64,000 bases of DNA, taken from positions 1-64,000 of the forward strand of contig JYFJ02000538.1 of the NCBI GenBank assembly GCA_000934665.2, given 5' to 3'. How positions within the stretch are numbered: position 1 is the first letter of the stretch; each line of letters opens with the position of its first letter. The DNA comes from Catajapyx aquilonaris. Taxonomy: Eukaryota. The position numbers and the translations under genes are program-made. The notes below the pieces were generated by a model. The model saw only the letters and a program-made list of their open reading frames with translations. It ran no database searches and was not told the origin of the DNA. Shown one piece after another: positions 13,201-27,724 of this stretch.

Positions 13201-14926
13201 CAAGAATGCACGTATATTTGCATTTCAGAATCTTACGCTGTGTAGGGGGGGAAGCGTTAAGATGGGTGGGAAGGGAAAAATATCCTGAGAGATACGAAAG
13301 TGGAGCTTTCCTTTTTTCATGCCACGATTCGGTCTGATGGACACCAGGAACTTTGCGGTCTCTTTTGCAATGGAAAAGGTGCGCTCAACGTGGTACAAAG
13401 CAGGACTTCTCTCCCTATATTTCAATGCGCTTGCTGTAACTATGTAATGTTGAAAGTGGATATTAAGTTCTGATAACATGTCATTAATCACTACCTGTGA
13501 GCAATAGTGCAAGTCATGGTTTTCTCCATTGTTCACTGCAATTCTCACGGCATAATCCTAAGTGTAATAGCCACCTGGATGAGTTAATATATGCACATGT
13601 ATGGCTTTTTTAAAAATGCAGCAGGCCAGTGTTTATAACTGCATTCAACCTTCAGACATTCAATATGTGTGGTTATCTAGTTGCAGATAGGAAGTTGGTA
13701 AAATAAGCCTAATTGAAAGGCTGATATGAACTGTGCAAAAATGAACATGTTTACAATAGAAAATTGCCTTTTGTTACTGGAGGCAGTAAAAATCAATATC
13801 CCCTTCATAATGTTCCTTATCAACTAAAAATAGCTGACTAATTGAATGTGGGTACTGGTTATCAAAGAAAATTAAATAATTGTATTCAGCTATTTCATTG
13901 TGGTTTAAGGTGTACAAGCAGGGTTTGCAGGTGTAAATTTTTCAAAAACCCATAATAAACTTGTACATTGTGCTAGCTTTACTTTAGTGCTACAAACTGT
14001 TTTGTGCTCCAAGGATGTATAAAGCAATATATTTTGCTTATTGTTACTCTAGTTGATGATGACTAGAGTATACTGGAATACGGCATGGCAAATAAAATGT
14101 AATTGAGCGGAAAACCAAGTAGAAGGGGGTACATCCCGATAAAAATGTCAACTGTGGCAGACCTTGCTTCTGCCCAACACACAGTTGGGGGGAAAAAAGG
14201 GGGGGCTGACCCAGAGGTCGGTTGGGAAGGGCATCAGGCTAAATTGGCTGCTAATTATTTCCTCTCGAAAGGGTCTTAGTCCTGAAATTTTGACAAACTC
14301 CCCAGGCTCATTACTAGAGCCAAATCCAGTATTTATCCTATTCAAAAATGCAAGTTTCCTGTAATAAAATATCGTACTGATGTACAAAAGTACCATATTA
14401 CAAGTCAATGTAACATTGGTCCTAGACACATGATTTACATGTGCGACAACTGTCAGCAGTACCCAATAGGATAGCACAAAGTATATGTTCATTTCATAAG
14501 CGAACGTGTTATCCTAACCGATCCTAGTGCAACATTGCCACGTCCCTGTTGCAATAATCCTCAATTACAGTACTTTTTACAACTCATGGTGTGTATGTTG
14601 TATCATTTTTTTAAAGCATATATTTCTAATTTAACATGGTTCACTTGTATTGCGGACTGCCTCAACAGAGAAATGTCATGACTTGTTTGCTTAGGGTTGT
14701 TCCAATAAAGGGTCCGATTAATATGCTGCGTACACATGTCAGTTTGTACTAATGACCTACCAGAACCTGTTGGCCCCACAGCCTCCCAGGGTGTAATACC
14801 GGCACACGTCAATCATTCCCCCNTCAACCAGCCCAGGCCTGGCTTCGAACGAGGGAGAGCGATTCCAACAACCAAGCCTACCTTGAGCCCGGTGCCCAAC
14901 ACGATGGCGTCGTACTCCTCATCCAT
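10294..14926 (-). CDS. GDI: Rab GDP dissociation inhibitor, multi-exon
   Basis: [92 protein letters not shown]; canonical splice sites. Confidence 0.98.
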
Positions 14927-16719
14927 GGTTCACCCGATCGGCTGGAAGCAGACGATGGGAGGGTCTGTGCCGCACCAGTGCCACGCTCGGAGACACACGC
15001 AAGGGGATGGTTGGTGGGTCCGAAAGGGTGCAGACCGGCTGTTGTCGGCAACGTCGGTGTCCTCCTTGGCCGAGCGAGGTGGGATGGGTGACGGGGAACG
15101 GGGGAGGGAAGGTGGGTGGGGAAGGGGAGGGAAGTGGGGAGTGGGAAGGGCAGGGGGGGGATTAGATCATAGATGGCGCCGGCGCGACGGGAAGGTAGCG
15201 GGATCTAGCGACCCTCTTCAGAACCTGTTCAGAACTACCACGTAACTTAATATAGCAGCCGCTGTAGCCGCTGGGGGGGGAAATGTAGCAGTTAATAGCT
15301 TCTCAGGCATTGGCAGTGAAACTACTGAAACATGCTCAATTTTGCATTATCAGAACTAGTGGGCTAGCTAGTAGGTATGAACCGATCATAACTGTTCCGT
15401 TTCATGAGACATGTACAGATTCATGAGACATGTTTGCAGATTGGCACTTGGCAGTCAGAAATAATAGTTAGCAGGCACTAGCTGTTATCGGCTGTATGCT
15501 ATATAATATAATAGTTACATAATATAACTCCAGATCGCAGGCGTATCCTTCTGCTTACTTAATTCGATTAGCTGCTACTAGATGGAGAGATTAACAACTT
15601 TGGTCGTTAGGTACGGATATTGAATGTAGATGGCGGGACATGCTGCGTTTCGGCACGTTTGTCGATAAGGGAAATATGAGACCGTATTTTTGTTTAAAAT
15701 CATTTTAATACAGTTGAATCCGGATGTAACAGACTTCCCGCGGGGTGTAGTCTGTTACAGCCAAATTGCAAATTTTGCAGAGAATACACAGTTTTCTGTT
15801 TTTTATATGCCTATAACGCAAACTACTGCATACTGCTGATTAATGAAATCCGTAGCTCACCCAAATATCATGCAGGGCAAAAAAAAATAATAATAAATAA
15901 ATAATGCTATTTTCTACTCCCGTCTCCTCCTTGCCAAATATCGAAGAAAATGCATCATTTTTATTTTTTCGGCACGTGCAAAGGAGAGCCTAGGTCAGTG
16001 GCAGATAGGAAAATCACAGACGATCCAGTATGCAATACTTTACTAATGTGGGAAATTTAGCCAGGTAATCTATAACAGCATATTTTCCCACTGAGGGGCC
16101 AAGAAATGGTCTGTAACATGAAAGTGAGTCTTTTATATCAGGAGTAAAAATATACGGGGTCTTGTGGAAGTATGCCGGGATCAGCCATTCGAGTCTGTTA
16201 TTGCTGTTATATCCAGATTCAACTGTAATATTTAAATAAATGAGCTGTCTGGAATAAGAGGCAGTGTAAATTACCACCTGTTTTGCAGGTGCTGCAATAT
16301 GGGGTTTTGTAGGACACATTAATGGTCGAATGTGATAATTCATTTGTGCTAAAAATACTTTCATTTTAATGTTGGTTCAACATTGTAATACATGACCTCT
16401 TAATGCTAAAAAAACAACTAAATGCATAGATTCAAGTAACAATAAAATTACAACTTGGACGAATTAGTTTAAATGTTGAATGTTTTAAAAACTTGCAATG
16501 TCTTAACCGTTGAGATTCTCTACTATAAAAATATATAAAAAAATTACTCCACCCGTGACCCTTTTGCAATGCTGCCTTTTTAGCTGCCACGATTGTTTAA
16601 AATCCTCTCGAGATTCATTTTTGCACTGCTGCCAGCAAAAGGCACTTTCACCCCCCTTTCCTGATAAGTTAACCAGAAAATTGTAACTAACACATGAAAA
16701 TGGACGGAATGTTGCGAAA

Positions 16720-19700
16720 TCACCAGCCAAAGATTGCGATGCTTGCTGCAAGCAGCAGAACACAAGGGCTGGAAAATGCTCCGCTGGTGGCAAAGTTGAG
16801 GACCTTTGGATCTCCCATTTGGAATTCCCATGCTGGCGAGGACATCTTTCCGTCGCCTCCTTGAGAATAGGCCAGGACACGAAGCATGTACACTTTTCCT
16901 GGAGTCAGCCCAGTCACACGCACCTCCAGCTTGTTGCCTATGGCCAGCTTTGTATCGTTGGCCGTTGACATGTCCTGGTCACTCTCCCAAACCCGCACCT
17001 GCACATGACGAAACATTTACAAAACTGGCAATGTAGCATTTGATCTACGGTATTTAATATGCCATCTTTTAATGGAGATATGAACTGTGCACATAGCACA
17101 GATAGGCACTCCTCTGGTAATTAGTTAGTAGTGTAATGCAGTGTGAACATGAACAACTGACCTTGTATCCAATGAGCGGTTCTTCCTCTATAGTGGGCGA
17201 TACGTATCTCCATGTCACTACCACAGTAGATGGATTTTCTGCTCTTACCACCACCGCAGTTGGTTGTTTTTGCGGTGCTTTTTTAAACGTTCGTTCTGAA
17301 AAGCAAACCAAATATTGCCTTACTGTCACCAGAGTACATTGTACATTTTGCAATAAAATATACAGCAAATTCTGCACACAAAATAATGCCTACAAAGTGG
17401 GATTTGATCAGCTCAGGCTTGTTATATCATTCAATAATTACGACATTTTCAAAAAGGAGTACATCCTATAGTCCACAAGGTACATTAACATTGAAAAGTT
17501 GAGAGCAGTGATTTCCAGCGTTCGAAACTTAGTCGTATAAGCAGGTCGCCAAGTGGTGTCTGAAACCAAGGTGTGGTCGTCAAAACTGAATGTCTAATAG
17601 CCATTCTTGTTTTACACATTGTCACTTTTTAAATGCCGGTATTATATTGTTAATTGGGCCCAACAAAAACCACAGGGTCACCAAGAGCTTCGGCAGGAAA
17701 CAAATTGAATATATGGGACCAGAAGCTCAGCAATAATAATTAGTTTACTATTGACAGAAATTCAATTTTGGGAGGAAAAAGCTGGTCGCCAAAAGTGCCG
17801 ACTAGATATCTTACTTCGATGGCCAACTGATAATTTTAAGTCACAAAATGCAACTGATGACAACAGCTAATTTTGAACCCTGGTGACTTCACGTACCAAA
17901 TGAACGAAATCTATGTTGGTAGAAATGGAGAATTGAACATGTGATGCTCTGAATTAACTTCTGATACCTCATTAAGTGCCTTACCTAAATATCGTTCACT
18001 CTCTGGCCCAGGACCAGCTGCGTTGTATGCCATCACCCGCACCCAGTAATAAGTGTCTGGCTGCAACCCAACAATGAGTGCCCATGCATGGGTGTTCCGA
18101 CTTAGCAGATACAGAGCAGAGTCCTCTGGCTTGTCCTGCAGCCAGTACTTGAGCCTGTGTCCAATCAGCTTTCCTCTGACCTTCTCTCGGGTCTGGTCAA
18201 TAGGCAACCATGACACTCTAAGTGCTGTTGAATTGTATTGCCTTGAGGACACCTGGGCAGGTGCAACTTGCGGCATGTCCTCTGCACTGTAAATCTTGGC
18301 ACTCCTTGACACTGGTCCAGGTCCCAGGTCATTCCAGGCCTGCACTTTGACCTCATACAAGGTGTAGTAGAACTGTGACTGTACTCTGACATTAGCCAAT
18401 CCCTGGTTTCCCTGGTGCTTGAGGGTCTGGTTTTGAAACTCGCTGTCTTGGTCACCTTCAGCACGACGCCAGAATATGTTGTAATATATCCCTGGTGCAT
18501 TCTGGTCTTGCGGTGGCAGAGGATCCCAGGTAATAATGAGGTCACCAGTTTTCCCACCTCCACCACCAATATTTTTAGGTGGCTTTCCAGGTCGGGCTGG
18601 TCGAGTGTTGTATTGAGGGGATGCAGTTGAGGGAAGGCCATAGCCATACCAATTCATAGCTTTAACACGGAATTCGTATGACGACCAGGGAGACAGCACA
18701 TCCTTCAGGACTGCCTCCTTACGACCAGTTAAGCGATCCACTTCCCTTGCAATTACATCTGAAACACAGATCACAGACACAATTAAATGACGTATTGGAT
18801 TAAGCACATTCTTAATTCACATGTTTGCGTTTTAATATGCTTTTGACAAAACAAATCACATTACTGGAATAAGCACTATTAGAATTACCCTCTTGATTCA
18901 CTTGCTCTAGCAATAAGTTGAGAAATTTCATCACAGGAAGAAACGTGAGAACCTCAAGAAAACCCACAAGAACAGGGAGAGAACCCAAGTTTGCATGTGA
19001 GAAATTCCTCTGCACAATGCAGGGATCAAACTTGGGATCCCATAGGTGCAAGGCTCTGGTGCTAATCCCTACACTGTCCAAGTCTAGTCTAATAATATTA
19101 GTCTACCTCTCCAAATAATTAAGCTGCAGATCAGAGAAACGCACTGAAAAGGCTTACTTTCATCCAAAACTCGCCAGGTCTGGTTCCAGTTGGTCCGTCC
19201 CTCAACTGTGTAGTAAATGATGGGCCTTCCATTGAGCGTCCCATCAGTCCAGTGCACAGTGGCAGACCGAACTGAGAGATCAATGGCTTGAACACCACCT
19301 GGTGGACCAGGAGGCCCCTCCACTATGACTTCCGTATGGGCCGTGGCCTTCCCTACCCAAGTCTCCACCGTGCAGTCATAATCACCACTTTCGGCATACG
19401 TTGTATTGATGATGTACAGAGTACCATCCACATCACTCTGCAATGAAAAAAGCAACGTATGAGGTTCCACTCGCACAAGGGTAATTCTTCCGTAACTGAC
19501 GCAACATTTGGAAAGGGCTGCATTTATATTTATTGCAATGGCAAATGTCAATGGAAAGGGAATTTAAAATTATTCCCATGTGGCTGCCTCTAGGCAGCTT
19601 ATTGCCATATTTTTAGAAGGGATCCACCTTCGAAGTTCATCAAAATCATAATGAAACCACTAAATATTTTCCCATGCTCCCTGAGAAAATTCAAATTCAC

Positions 19701-22700
19701 AGATGACATCTTACGCTAATTTTACATCTCTTTGAAACATTTATTTGACTGGCTATTAAATAACAAAACATTACAAAATTTAAGACTTACGATGAAGTAT
19801 CGTGGATTATCTTCCGGCCTGATTCGTATCCCGTTGTGATACCAAATCATGGCCATGTCCAGTGACTCCTCAGCAGTAGCCTGGCAACCTAAGGTGAGCC
19901 TCTGGTCCACAGAAGTCACCATCCTGGGCTGAGGGTATCGGATCAGCTGTGGTCCCCTCAGAACGACCAGCCTGCCACTGCTCTGGTCCATTCCGTACAG
20001 GTTCTGTGCCTGGCAGATGTACGTTCCCTGGTCATCACGAGACACTGGGCTGATTATTAGGTTTCCATTAGGGAGTATGCGGCGTCGACCTCCTGACCCA
20101 AGGACATTTCCATCTTTTCGCCAGGTAAAGGTAGGGCGAGGGGCAGCCTCCGGATTGCACAAAATGGTCACGTTTCCCCCCTCTGCTGCCAAAGTCTCAG
20201 TCTCCAAGGGATGCTTCAGAAACGAAGGCTGCAATGCTGTAGGATAAAAATTACTTATTAAAAATGGTTTCATTGAAAGCTTCTCACCTGGTATTTCTAA
20301 GGGGAAAACATTGTCTCTTTCCTCCACAATTATCATGCAGAAACTTCAGTTATTGTTTAATATGCATTTGGACACCTATTCACACCACTGACTAGCACTT
20401 ACTTAGGACCCGGAGCTGTCCAGAAGAATACTTGGCACCCAGGGAATTGTATGCCTTACACTGAATCATGGCTGGATCTCGATCTGGATCCAGTTCAGAC
20501 AATGTCAACACATTGTCCTGTATTCTATACCTCCTTTGATCCTACAACAAAGAGAACCAACATTTATACACTTGCTCATATTAAACACAAGCAGTTGCTT
20601 CCTTACCTGGTAATGCAATTCATCATAAATAATTGGAACCCCATTTCGTAACCACACGTATGAGACATCTGGGATTCCAAAGGCCTCGCATGTCCAGGTT
20701 ACATTCCCGTCCTTGTCTGCAATGCGGTCTCCCAGAGGGATGGTGAAGATAGGCTCTGACTGGATGCTGAGAGTAACAGAAGCCTCAATGGATACTTTGT
20801 GATTGTAAGCCCTGCAGATGTATTCTCCTTGGTCCTCCACTTTCACATTGGGAAGTATCATCACCCGGTTGTAATTTGTAATTATTGAGCCACGGGGAAG
20901 GTCAGATCCTCGCCGAGTCCAATTGTAGACAGGTACCGGGCTAAATAATTTAGAAACATCAGTTAATTCCTCCACTGGACAACAGCAAAAAGGTTTTCCT
21001 CTATCTCTACAAAAATACTTGAATCACAAAATCTTCATCGCAAGAGCCACACCACAATGAAATAGATCTTGTCACTCGCTTTTAAAACCAGCAAGTTTCT
21101 TTCACACACATTCTTAGGGCTACAGGCTGAAACTGAACGGCAAACCAAATGTTTAACTATTAAGAAGCAAGACTCACTATCCAAATCCGACGCATTCCAA
21201 CCGAACATCTTGTCCAGCCCGAGGTGACTCTGGGAAGGCCTTAGGGAAGTTATTGGGGAATTTCAGCTGCTGATAATTTGCTACAAATTTGAAAGACATG
21301 TGTGAAAATACAATGTCAATGACATCTTCCTACAGAAGAAAAGTCAGTGATGCTGCATGGATCACATCTCAAATAACAATAAATTCTCTTACAGTGTGGC
21401 AACACTTCCAGGTTGAAGAAAGGTCCATTTCTTCCCATGTTTGATGCAGTGCTCTGGACATTGCAGCTGTACCTCCCACGGTCAATGTTATCCAGGGAGC
21501 TAATGTACAAGTTCCCATCGTAGGACACAAACGTGCGGGGATCCTCCTCCACTAAGTTGGGGAAATAGTCCCTTGCCCAGTAGTACAGCACATCGGGAAA
21601 ATGTTGCGGAGGGTCGCAATATATCGCCTTTCCCCAGTTCTGGTTGCCCACCTCAGTCGACCTCTTCAGGTTGAACTCTCCAATGTACCCAAAGCTAAGC
21701 TGGATACTCTCAGACACTATTGCACCATAACGGTTGGCAGCCACACAATGGTAGTTTCCTCTGTCCTTCTTTTGGTCTGGATCGTGGATGATGAGGGTTC
21801 CACCACTCAGAGTGTACCTGGGGTTTGGGAATGTGAAGAAAACTTGCAATAATATGAGCAGCAAACTATCTTCCCAAGATCTGATGTCAATTCACAATAG
21901 GAAGTTTTCAATATCCAGCAATAATGGGGAGACGGAGTGGCGCCGCGGTAACGCGCGCGCCCACGGAAGTTAAGGTCCCGGGTTCAATCCCCACCCGGGG
22001 TTCCCACCTTCTTTCGTGCAGAGTTGGGCCATCTCTGGCTTCGTTTCGGGTGGCAATTTCCGGCAGACTAAGCCACCCGGGGGAGTTCACAAAATGACGA
22101 TTAGGGACATTGCACTTGCACTTTGCACATCCCCTCCCACCCACCCTTGGAGCATACTAATTAAGATTCTTCTTAAACTCGCTCCAAAAACAATTCCAAA
22201 GGTGGCAACCCACCCCCCCTAAGGAGTAGTATAACTCCCCCCGTGGGGTAATGAAAAAAAAAAAAAAAAAAAAATCCAGCAATAATTGCTTGAAAGTGAT
22301 CCACGGCAAGCCATTAAAGAAGCAGATTATAGTAGGATACTACTGGTCTTCGTCTTGCAAGGCAATGCAATTCATAAGGTGTTCATGCAAGTGTACAGAA
22401 AGCTGGTTGTAAACGTATTCAAAGATGCTTTCAATTAAGAATTCAAAAATATCATTGGCGAATAAGGATTTTCTGCCGAACTATTTTTCTTCTACATTAA
22501 CAATAAGCACAGTAAATTTCCCTTTTTTCCCCCTGGGAGTTTGTAATAATTTCACTACTCACCTTGGGTTTGATAGTGGATCAATTCGCCGAGCAATAAG
22601 ACGGTCATCATCAAATTCCTCTTTTAACCACTCGTAGGTAGGAGTGGGATATCCACCTGCTAAGCAAACCAAGTTGACGTAGTTTAACTGTTGGTGTCTG

Positions 22701-24436
22701 GACAAATCATACACCACTGGAGTGGGCTGCCGAATAAAGAATGGTCCTCGCTGAATGTACCGGGGATCAGTCACTATCTGACCATAATCCGGACCCCTGT
22801 CATCATCATCCACCAGTATAAGGGCCAGCTCGCGTCTGGGAACTTCACAGATGAACAGCCGAGGAAAGTCACCCGTCACTTTGAGCAGACCCCAGCGGTT
22901 TTCTTTATCTGAGAAGCTGTAGCCCAGGAAGTCCTTTCCACTAATGGCAGCTTGGTCGTCCAGAAAAGCTGGATCCATGTTGACCAATTGGGTGCTGTCC
23001 CGAGCATTTATCCAAGCACCAGGACCACGCTGGCGGATCCCAACATACCATATGCGGTGCTGAGGATCTATGCGCTGCAGGTGATTCACTAAAAATGCAT
23101 GCTCATCGAGGCTCTCCAGGGACACCAGATCAGCATTGTAAGCCTGGAATTGTGTTTTTTGGACATATTAAATTATGAACAGCACCAATTCCTAGTTACC
23201 ATCTTTTGATGTGTGCGAGTAACAAGCTGTACAAAAATCAACCAGCCAGAGTATATTTCATTGAAAATGCTTTCATAAATATGGGCTGTTCATATAAAAT
23301 ATAAAAATTGTTGCCATCATCATGCCATTGAATGCATTGAGGCTGGTGCATGAGTGTCTAAAAATGCACAGTACATAAATTGTGTAATGCAGGTGAAATG
23401 CAAAAAATTACTCATAGTGAGAAATGTGTCATCAAATTACTACTACTAACGAAACCATCCTGTTCAAAATGGGCAACATGGGCAGACACTAATATCAGCG
23501 TTTTAAAAACAAGATGACTCATAATCGGAGATTCAGTGATTTTCAACCTCCCAAAAACAATCATTGCCAAGCTCAACGAGAACAATTTATGCAATTATTG
23601 TAGTAAGACAGGATCTACCATATTAATTACCAAGACATCGGGGCAAGCTCTGAATGTCGAACAATTCCAAATTCAGCATAATACGATGCTGAACATTAAT
23701 CAGCATGATTTTTCTTTTCTTTTCCCAAGTTATAAGATCCCATTGTTTTAATATGTTGCAATGCTTTTGTGCGAGAGAAAACTGACTCACACTTTTAATC
23801 TACAGAAAGGTGTGCTGCCAGAGCCCTAATCACTAATTGCTGTAGAAAATTAACACAAAATTGACTCCACTTACCACAGCAATTTAACTTTTTGTAAAAA
23901 AATTCCTAACAAACCACACCTGTGCCACAAGAAGCCATCCCGTCACCTAATTGGCAATTAATCCAACTAAATGCAACTGTGGGCACCTGTAATATCTGAA
24001 CGTTAACATAATGGTATGTTATGACATTATGGGCCACGTTTATGTACTGTATACACATATGCAACAGCAGTTGTAGAGTTGCATACCCCTTTCACCTCGC
24101 TTTTTACCTGGTCTGGGTTGCACCTGTACTTTATTAACATCCCCCCTTCCCTGGCAATGATGACTAAATGTGTCAGCATAAGTCTGTCCACTCAATCCAC
24201 GCAACAAAGTGCAACCCTCGAAATAAAAATCCCCCTCCGTAGTCGCTCACCCTGCAGTTCCTCCTGGCTCCTTCCCAATCCCTCTGCGGACTTCGGATGA
24301 ACCTGTAGCATGCGTCCAGGTACTCCACCCAGTACCTGGGACACTTGAGATCCTCATCCAGCTGGTCCTGGTACCTCTGTGCGCCAGTGGATCCCACCAG
24401 GAGCCAGTAGAGCAGCAGCACCCACCAGCCCTCCAT
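16720..24436 (-). CDS. Cont: Contactin (signal peptide, C-type lectin, 6 Ig, 4 FNIII, GPI signal), multi-exon
   Basis: MEGWWVLLL signal, CPRYW..CYRF lectin start, Ig exons (GNYHCVAAN, GEYICRAYN, GTYICQAQN), FNIII exons (LSPWSSYEFRV, LQPDTYYWVRV, LTPGKVYMLRV) and hydrophobic C-terminus; architecture of arthropod contactin. Confidence 0.93.
18935..19079 (-). mobile_element. Degenerate tRNA-derived SINE relic, V-SINE-like core
   Basis: Minus strand: decayed tRNA-like head (..agtttgatccc..) followed by gggttctctccctgttcttgtgggttttcttgaggttctcacgtttcttcc, resembling the V-domain as I recall it. Confidence 0.35.
21926..22273 (+). mobile_element. tRNA-derived SINE, copy 1 (contactin intron)
   Basis: A-box TGGCGCCGCGG, B-box GGTTCAATCCC, poly(A) tail, 13-bp TSD ATCCAGCAATAAT (21913-21925 and 22274-22286); highly similar copy at 46046. 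Confidence 0.93.
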
Positions 24437-25114
24437 GCCTGTCCGCACCTGCCTGCGAGGATCAGAGGGGGAATAATGACAAGGTGTGGCCACCCTCTGA
24501 GTCATCCACAGGTGTCCCAACGGGGAAGGGGTGTTCCCGGCAAAACACGGGCGTTGCCTCCTCCTCCTCCTCCTCACCTGGTCCCTCAAGAGCAGGGCCT
24601 CGCCGGGGTCTCACTGGACGGACATGAGACAGGGAAACGCCATCGGGAGGTCGCTTGCTTGATGCCACACCTTGATTATTACCTTGTTTGTTTGGGGTGG
24701 CGGCCGCACGAATGGGGCCACGGGAAGGATAGGCTCGCTCCGACAGCTCCCACAACTGGCGTAGTGCAAGTAGCGGCTACTTTCGCACCTAACATGCACC
24801 TGCTGATTTTAACTACTGCGCTTTTTATATCCAGCTGATAGATTAGAAGGCTGGATGCGAGTGCCTCTTTGCGTTGCATGCATGGAGAGAATAATTCCCA
24901 AAATCCCAGAATAATATTCGAGAGAGGGCATCAGATATGGCGGAGGGAGGGGAGAGGAAGATGCCCCCTGCGAGGGACTGGGCCTGGTGCTTCATCCCTA
25001 GGAACCCTCACACCCGACCGGTGAGGACTGGGGGTAAAGCCTAGTGACCTTATGACCTGGTTTGAACGAGGGTTCGAAGTTCTGCACGGCATCGAATAAA
25101 CAGCAGAGTTTCCA

Positions 25115-26614
25115 ATGGTCAGTCGGTCTGGGTCAGTGTCGCGTGACTAAGTTCCTCTCCTGACGGGATATGACAAGTGTTACATAAAATAAATGATCTG
25201 TGGTACAGTTATGACATTATGGTAGCCACAGGCAAAGTAAGGTCATATTCTCACCAAATTGACAAATCATGTAGTCAGACACTTTGAATAATTTAGCCCG
25301 TGATAGGCCTCTAGAATTATTGCTAAAGTTCCCGCTGTATTCATTGCCTGCGCTGCTGATCAGTTTTGATAGTCGGAGGCCTTAGAAGACCCATGCAAAT
25401 ATTCAAGAGATCCTCTTTCTAAACTACCCCACCGAGGGACCAAACTCAGGATCTGGGAGATGGAAGGATGGCTCATTTATCACTACAACACCATGCTGGC
25501 CTCTCAGATGCTTAAGCTCATATAATATTTTTATTTTTTCAGTTTAAGGAATGAAAATAATTTTTCTTTCAGCCTCCCAAGAAGTCTTACAGCTACTATG
25601 ACACACCAGATGGCCACGATTGCTTCCACAAGACCTGGTACCTCTCCAAGTATGGAGCCATGGCAGGTAAAACCTTTATGATGTTACACGATTTTACGTG
25701 GTTGTATTAATGCAAATTAAGAGAAAGTCTGAGATTTTCCTAATATTTGCTTAACTGGTCCTTAGCCCTTTGCACATTGGAGTAAACGGTTTTTGGCATT
25801 TCAGGTGGAGTCTGGGCCATGTACGATGTCCTGTTCTACTCGCATCCCCAAGGGTACTTCCAGACTGCAGCCCGAGTGGGCTACAGCGTTCTCCCATTTA
25901 CATTAGCTGCTGGCACCTTTGCTGCCATGACATGTGTGTCTACATCACTGCGGGGAAAGGATGACCCTTTGAACTACATTAACGGGGGTGTAGCAGCTGC
26001 CAGCATCTTGGGAGCATGGAGTTAGTTGGCATTTTTTAACATACAGATATTATAGTTCACCCTGGCATGCAAGTATCATAAACATTGGGTGGAATTTTGG
26101 TCCCACTGCTAGTTACTGCTAACTTAGCAGCACCAGTGTTGGCAATGGTACTGCTAAGTTAGCAGTAACTAGTAGTGGGAAGAAAATTCCACCCATTGTT
26201 ATTTTCTTTTGAAACCACCTCTCTTCAGTTACTGTAGACATCCTGAAACACGTGTTAACTGTAAGTCTCCTGTAACGGATCTACTTTGACTGATTTTTTT
26301 CTTTCGGACAGATGTCTCAAAGTGCAACAATCATTATTTGGACACCTTTTGTCGCTCATGTACATTTTCATGCTCCAAAAGGATGTGCTGCTTCGCTATA
26401 AAGCATGTATTTTACAGAGCGCAGCATCATGTTGGGATTTGTTGGTGCCATTGTCCTGGGAAGTGCTGGTGCCATTAAAAAGTTTCAGAAGATTGAAGGT
26501 TGGGACTTCTACAAAGAAGGACGGGCCAGGGAGTACACGACAGTCTTTGTGGAGAAGCATAACTACACCCTGTTCAAGGATGGAACTCGGGGCTGGACCA
26601 CCGGAAAGGACTGA
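25115..26614 (+). CDS. NDUFA11: NADH dehydrogenase 1 alpha subcomplex subunit 11 (Tim17-family fold)
   Basis: ATG-only first coding exon (25115-25117, donor gtcagt), then PPKKSYSYYDTPDGHDCFHK, CVSTSLRGKDDPLNYINGGVAAASILGAW, K..EGWDF; start exon inferred. Confidence 0.88.
26087..26194. mobile_element. Fold-back MITE in NDUFA11 intron
   Basis: gggtggaattttggtcccactgctagttactgctaacttagcag ... ctgctaagttagcagtaactagtagtgggaagaaaattccaccc; ATT on both flanks. Confidence 0.7.
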
Positions 26615-27724
26615 GCAGTTTGTCACCTACAAGAGGTTCTCTTGTAGCAGTTGTCTAGGACAAGCATGTAGTATGGGTTCAGTTTGTACAAAAGAGACAT
26701 GTTAATAAAAATTGTGACTCAGTAGCAGATCTCTTGAAAGTCTGGCATGACCACAAATTGAAGAATTTTCTAGACCACTCGTCAAAAGCTCACAGAAATT
26801 ACCATGCAACCCCAAGTGCAGAAAGCTGGTCATACATGACATGTTGGGATTACGTATTGCTTTGTTAGTTTACGAGATTTGAAAGAGGGATGAACAGTTA
26901 TTTCTGACATGATACAGCCATTTCAAGGGCAGGAACCATACTGGAATTGACCTGGAAGGCACTGAGGGAAACTATAGGTCTTTGCATGATTGTTTATCCT
27001 GACATGGGGGCAACAAGCATGACACACTGGCAATGCTAAAAGCCTAAATGTTAGGATGAAGATGCAGCACTTGCTATCTGACCTTGAGGCTTCCCTGTTG
27101 GAGCCCTCAACCAATGAGTGCAAATCTTGTGCCAATATAGAGCTCCAATATGGCTCCCTGGAGCGGGGAATTACACTATAGTACCTCACTGAAGAAGTGG
27201 CATGTGATAGGTCTTGATTGATGTGATGATGGAGGAGACAGCCCAAGCAAGAGTGGTTCAAGGGATGGAGCATGGGATGGATGGTCAGACTAGTGGATGT
27301 GACCACCGCGCTGCAGAAAAATGTCAGTAGTCAGTTCATTCACCAAGGGCATGCCAAGGGTGTATGCAGGCACACTGAAATTAAACAGGTTGTATCACAT
27401 TGATACGTGACTTACTTGGTAAGGCCAATAAACATCGGACCTTCATCGCAATGAAGTATTCCTTAACTGACTTGTTCAGTCCAATCATTTGCCGATATTT
27501 CCACTTGCAGAAGCTAAGAAAGGGTATTAATCTTTTGATGTTAAACATACAAGATTAATGGTCTCAAGGTGTAATGCTATTCATTGGATATCGAGCAGCA
27601 GTAATATGCTGAGTAGCGTAATAACTTGTGACTCCTACAGGAACTTTGTACTACCATAATTTTTTTGTTCCCAATAGTGAATGGCAGTGTGGATGAAGAT
27701 GAAGATGAAGATGAGCTAGTGCCG

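Noticed and set aside
14736..15245. 169-aa Gly-rich plus-strand ORF
   Set aside because: Antisense to GDI exon 1 and its GC-rich promoter; compositional artefact
18165..18647. Overlapping 160-aa ORF in contactin, and similar antisense ORFs in GCDH, TMEM8 and FARSA
   Set aside because: Shadow frames of genuine exons with no independent evidence
21926..22000. tRNA gene (also at 46046)
   Set aside because: The A/B boxes belong to a SINE head: there is a long shared body, A-rich tail and TSDs, and no clean cloverleaf
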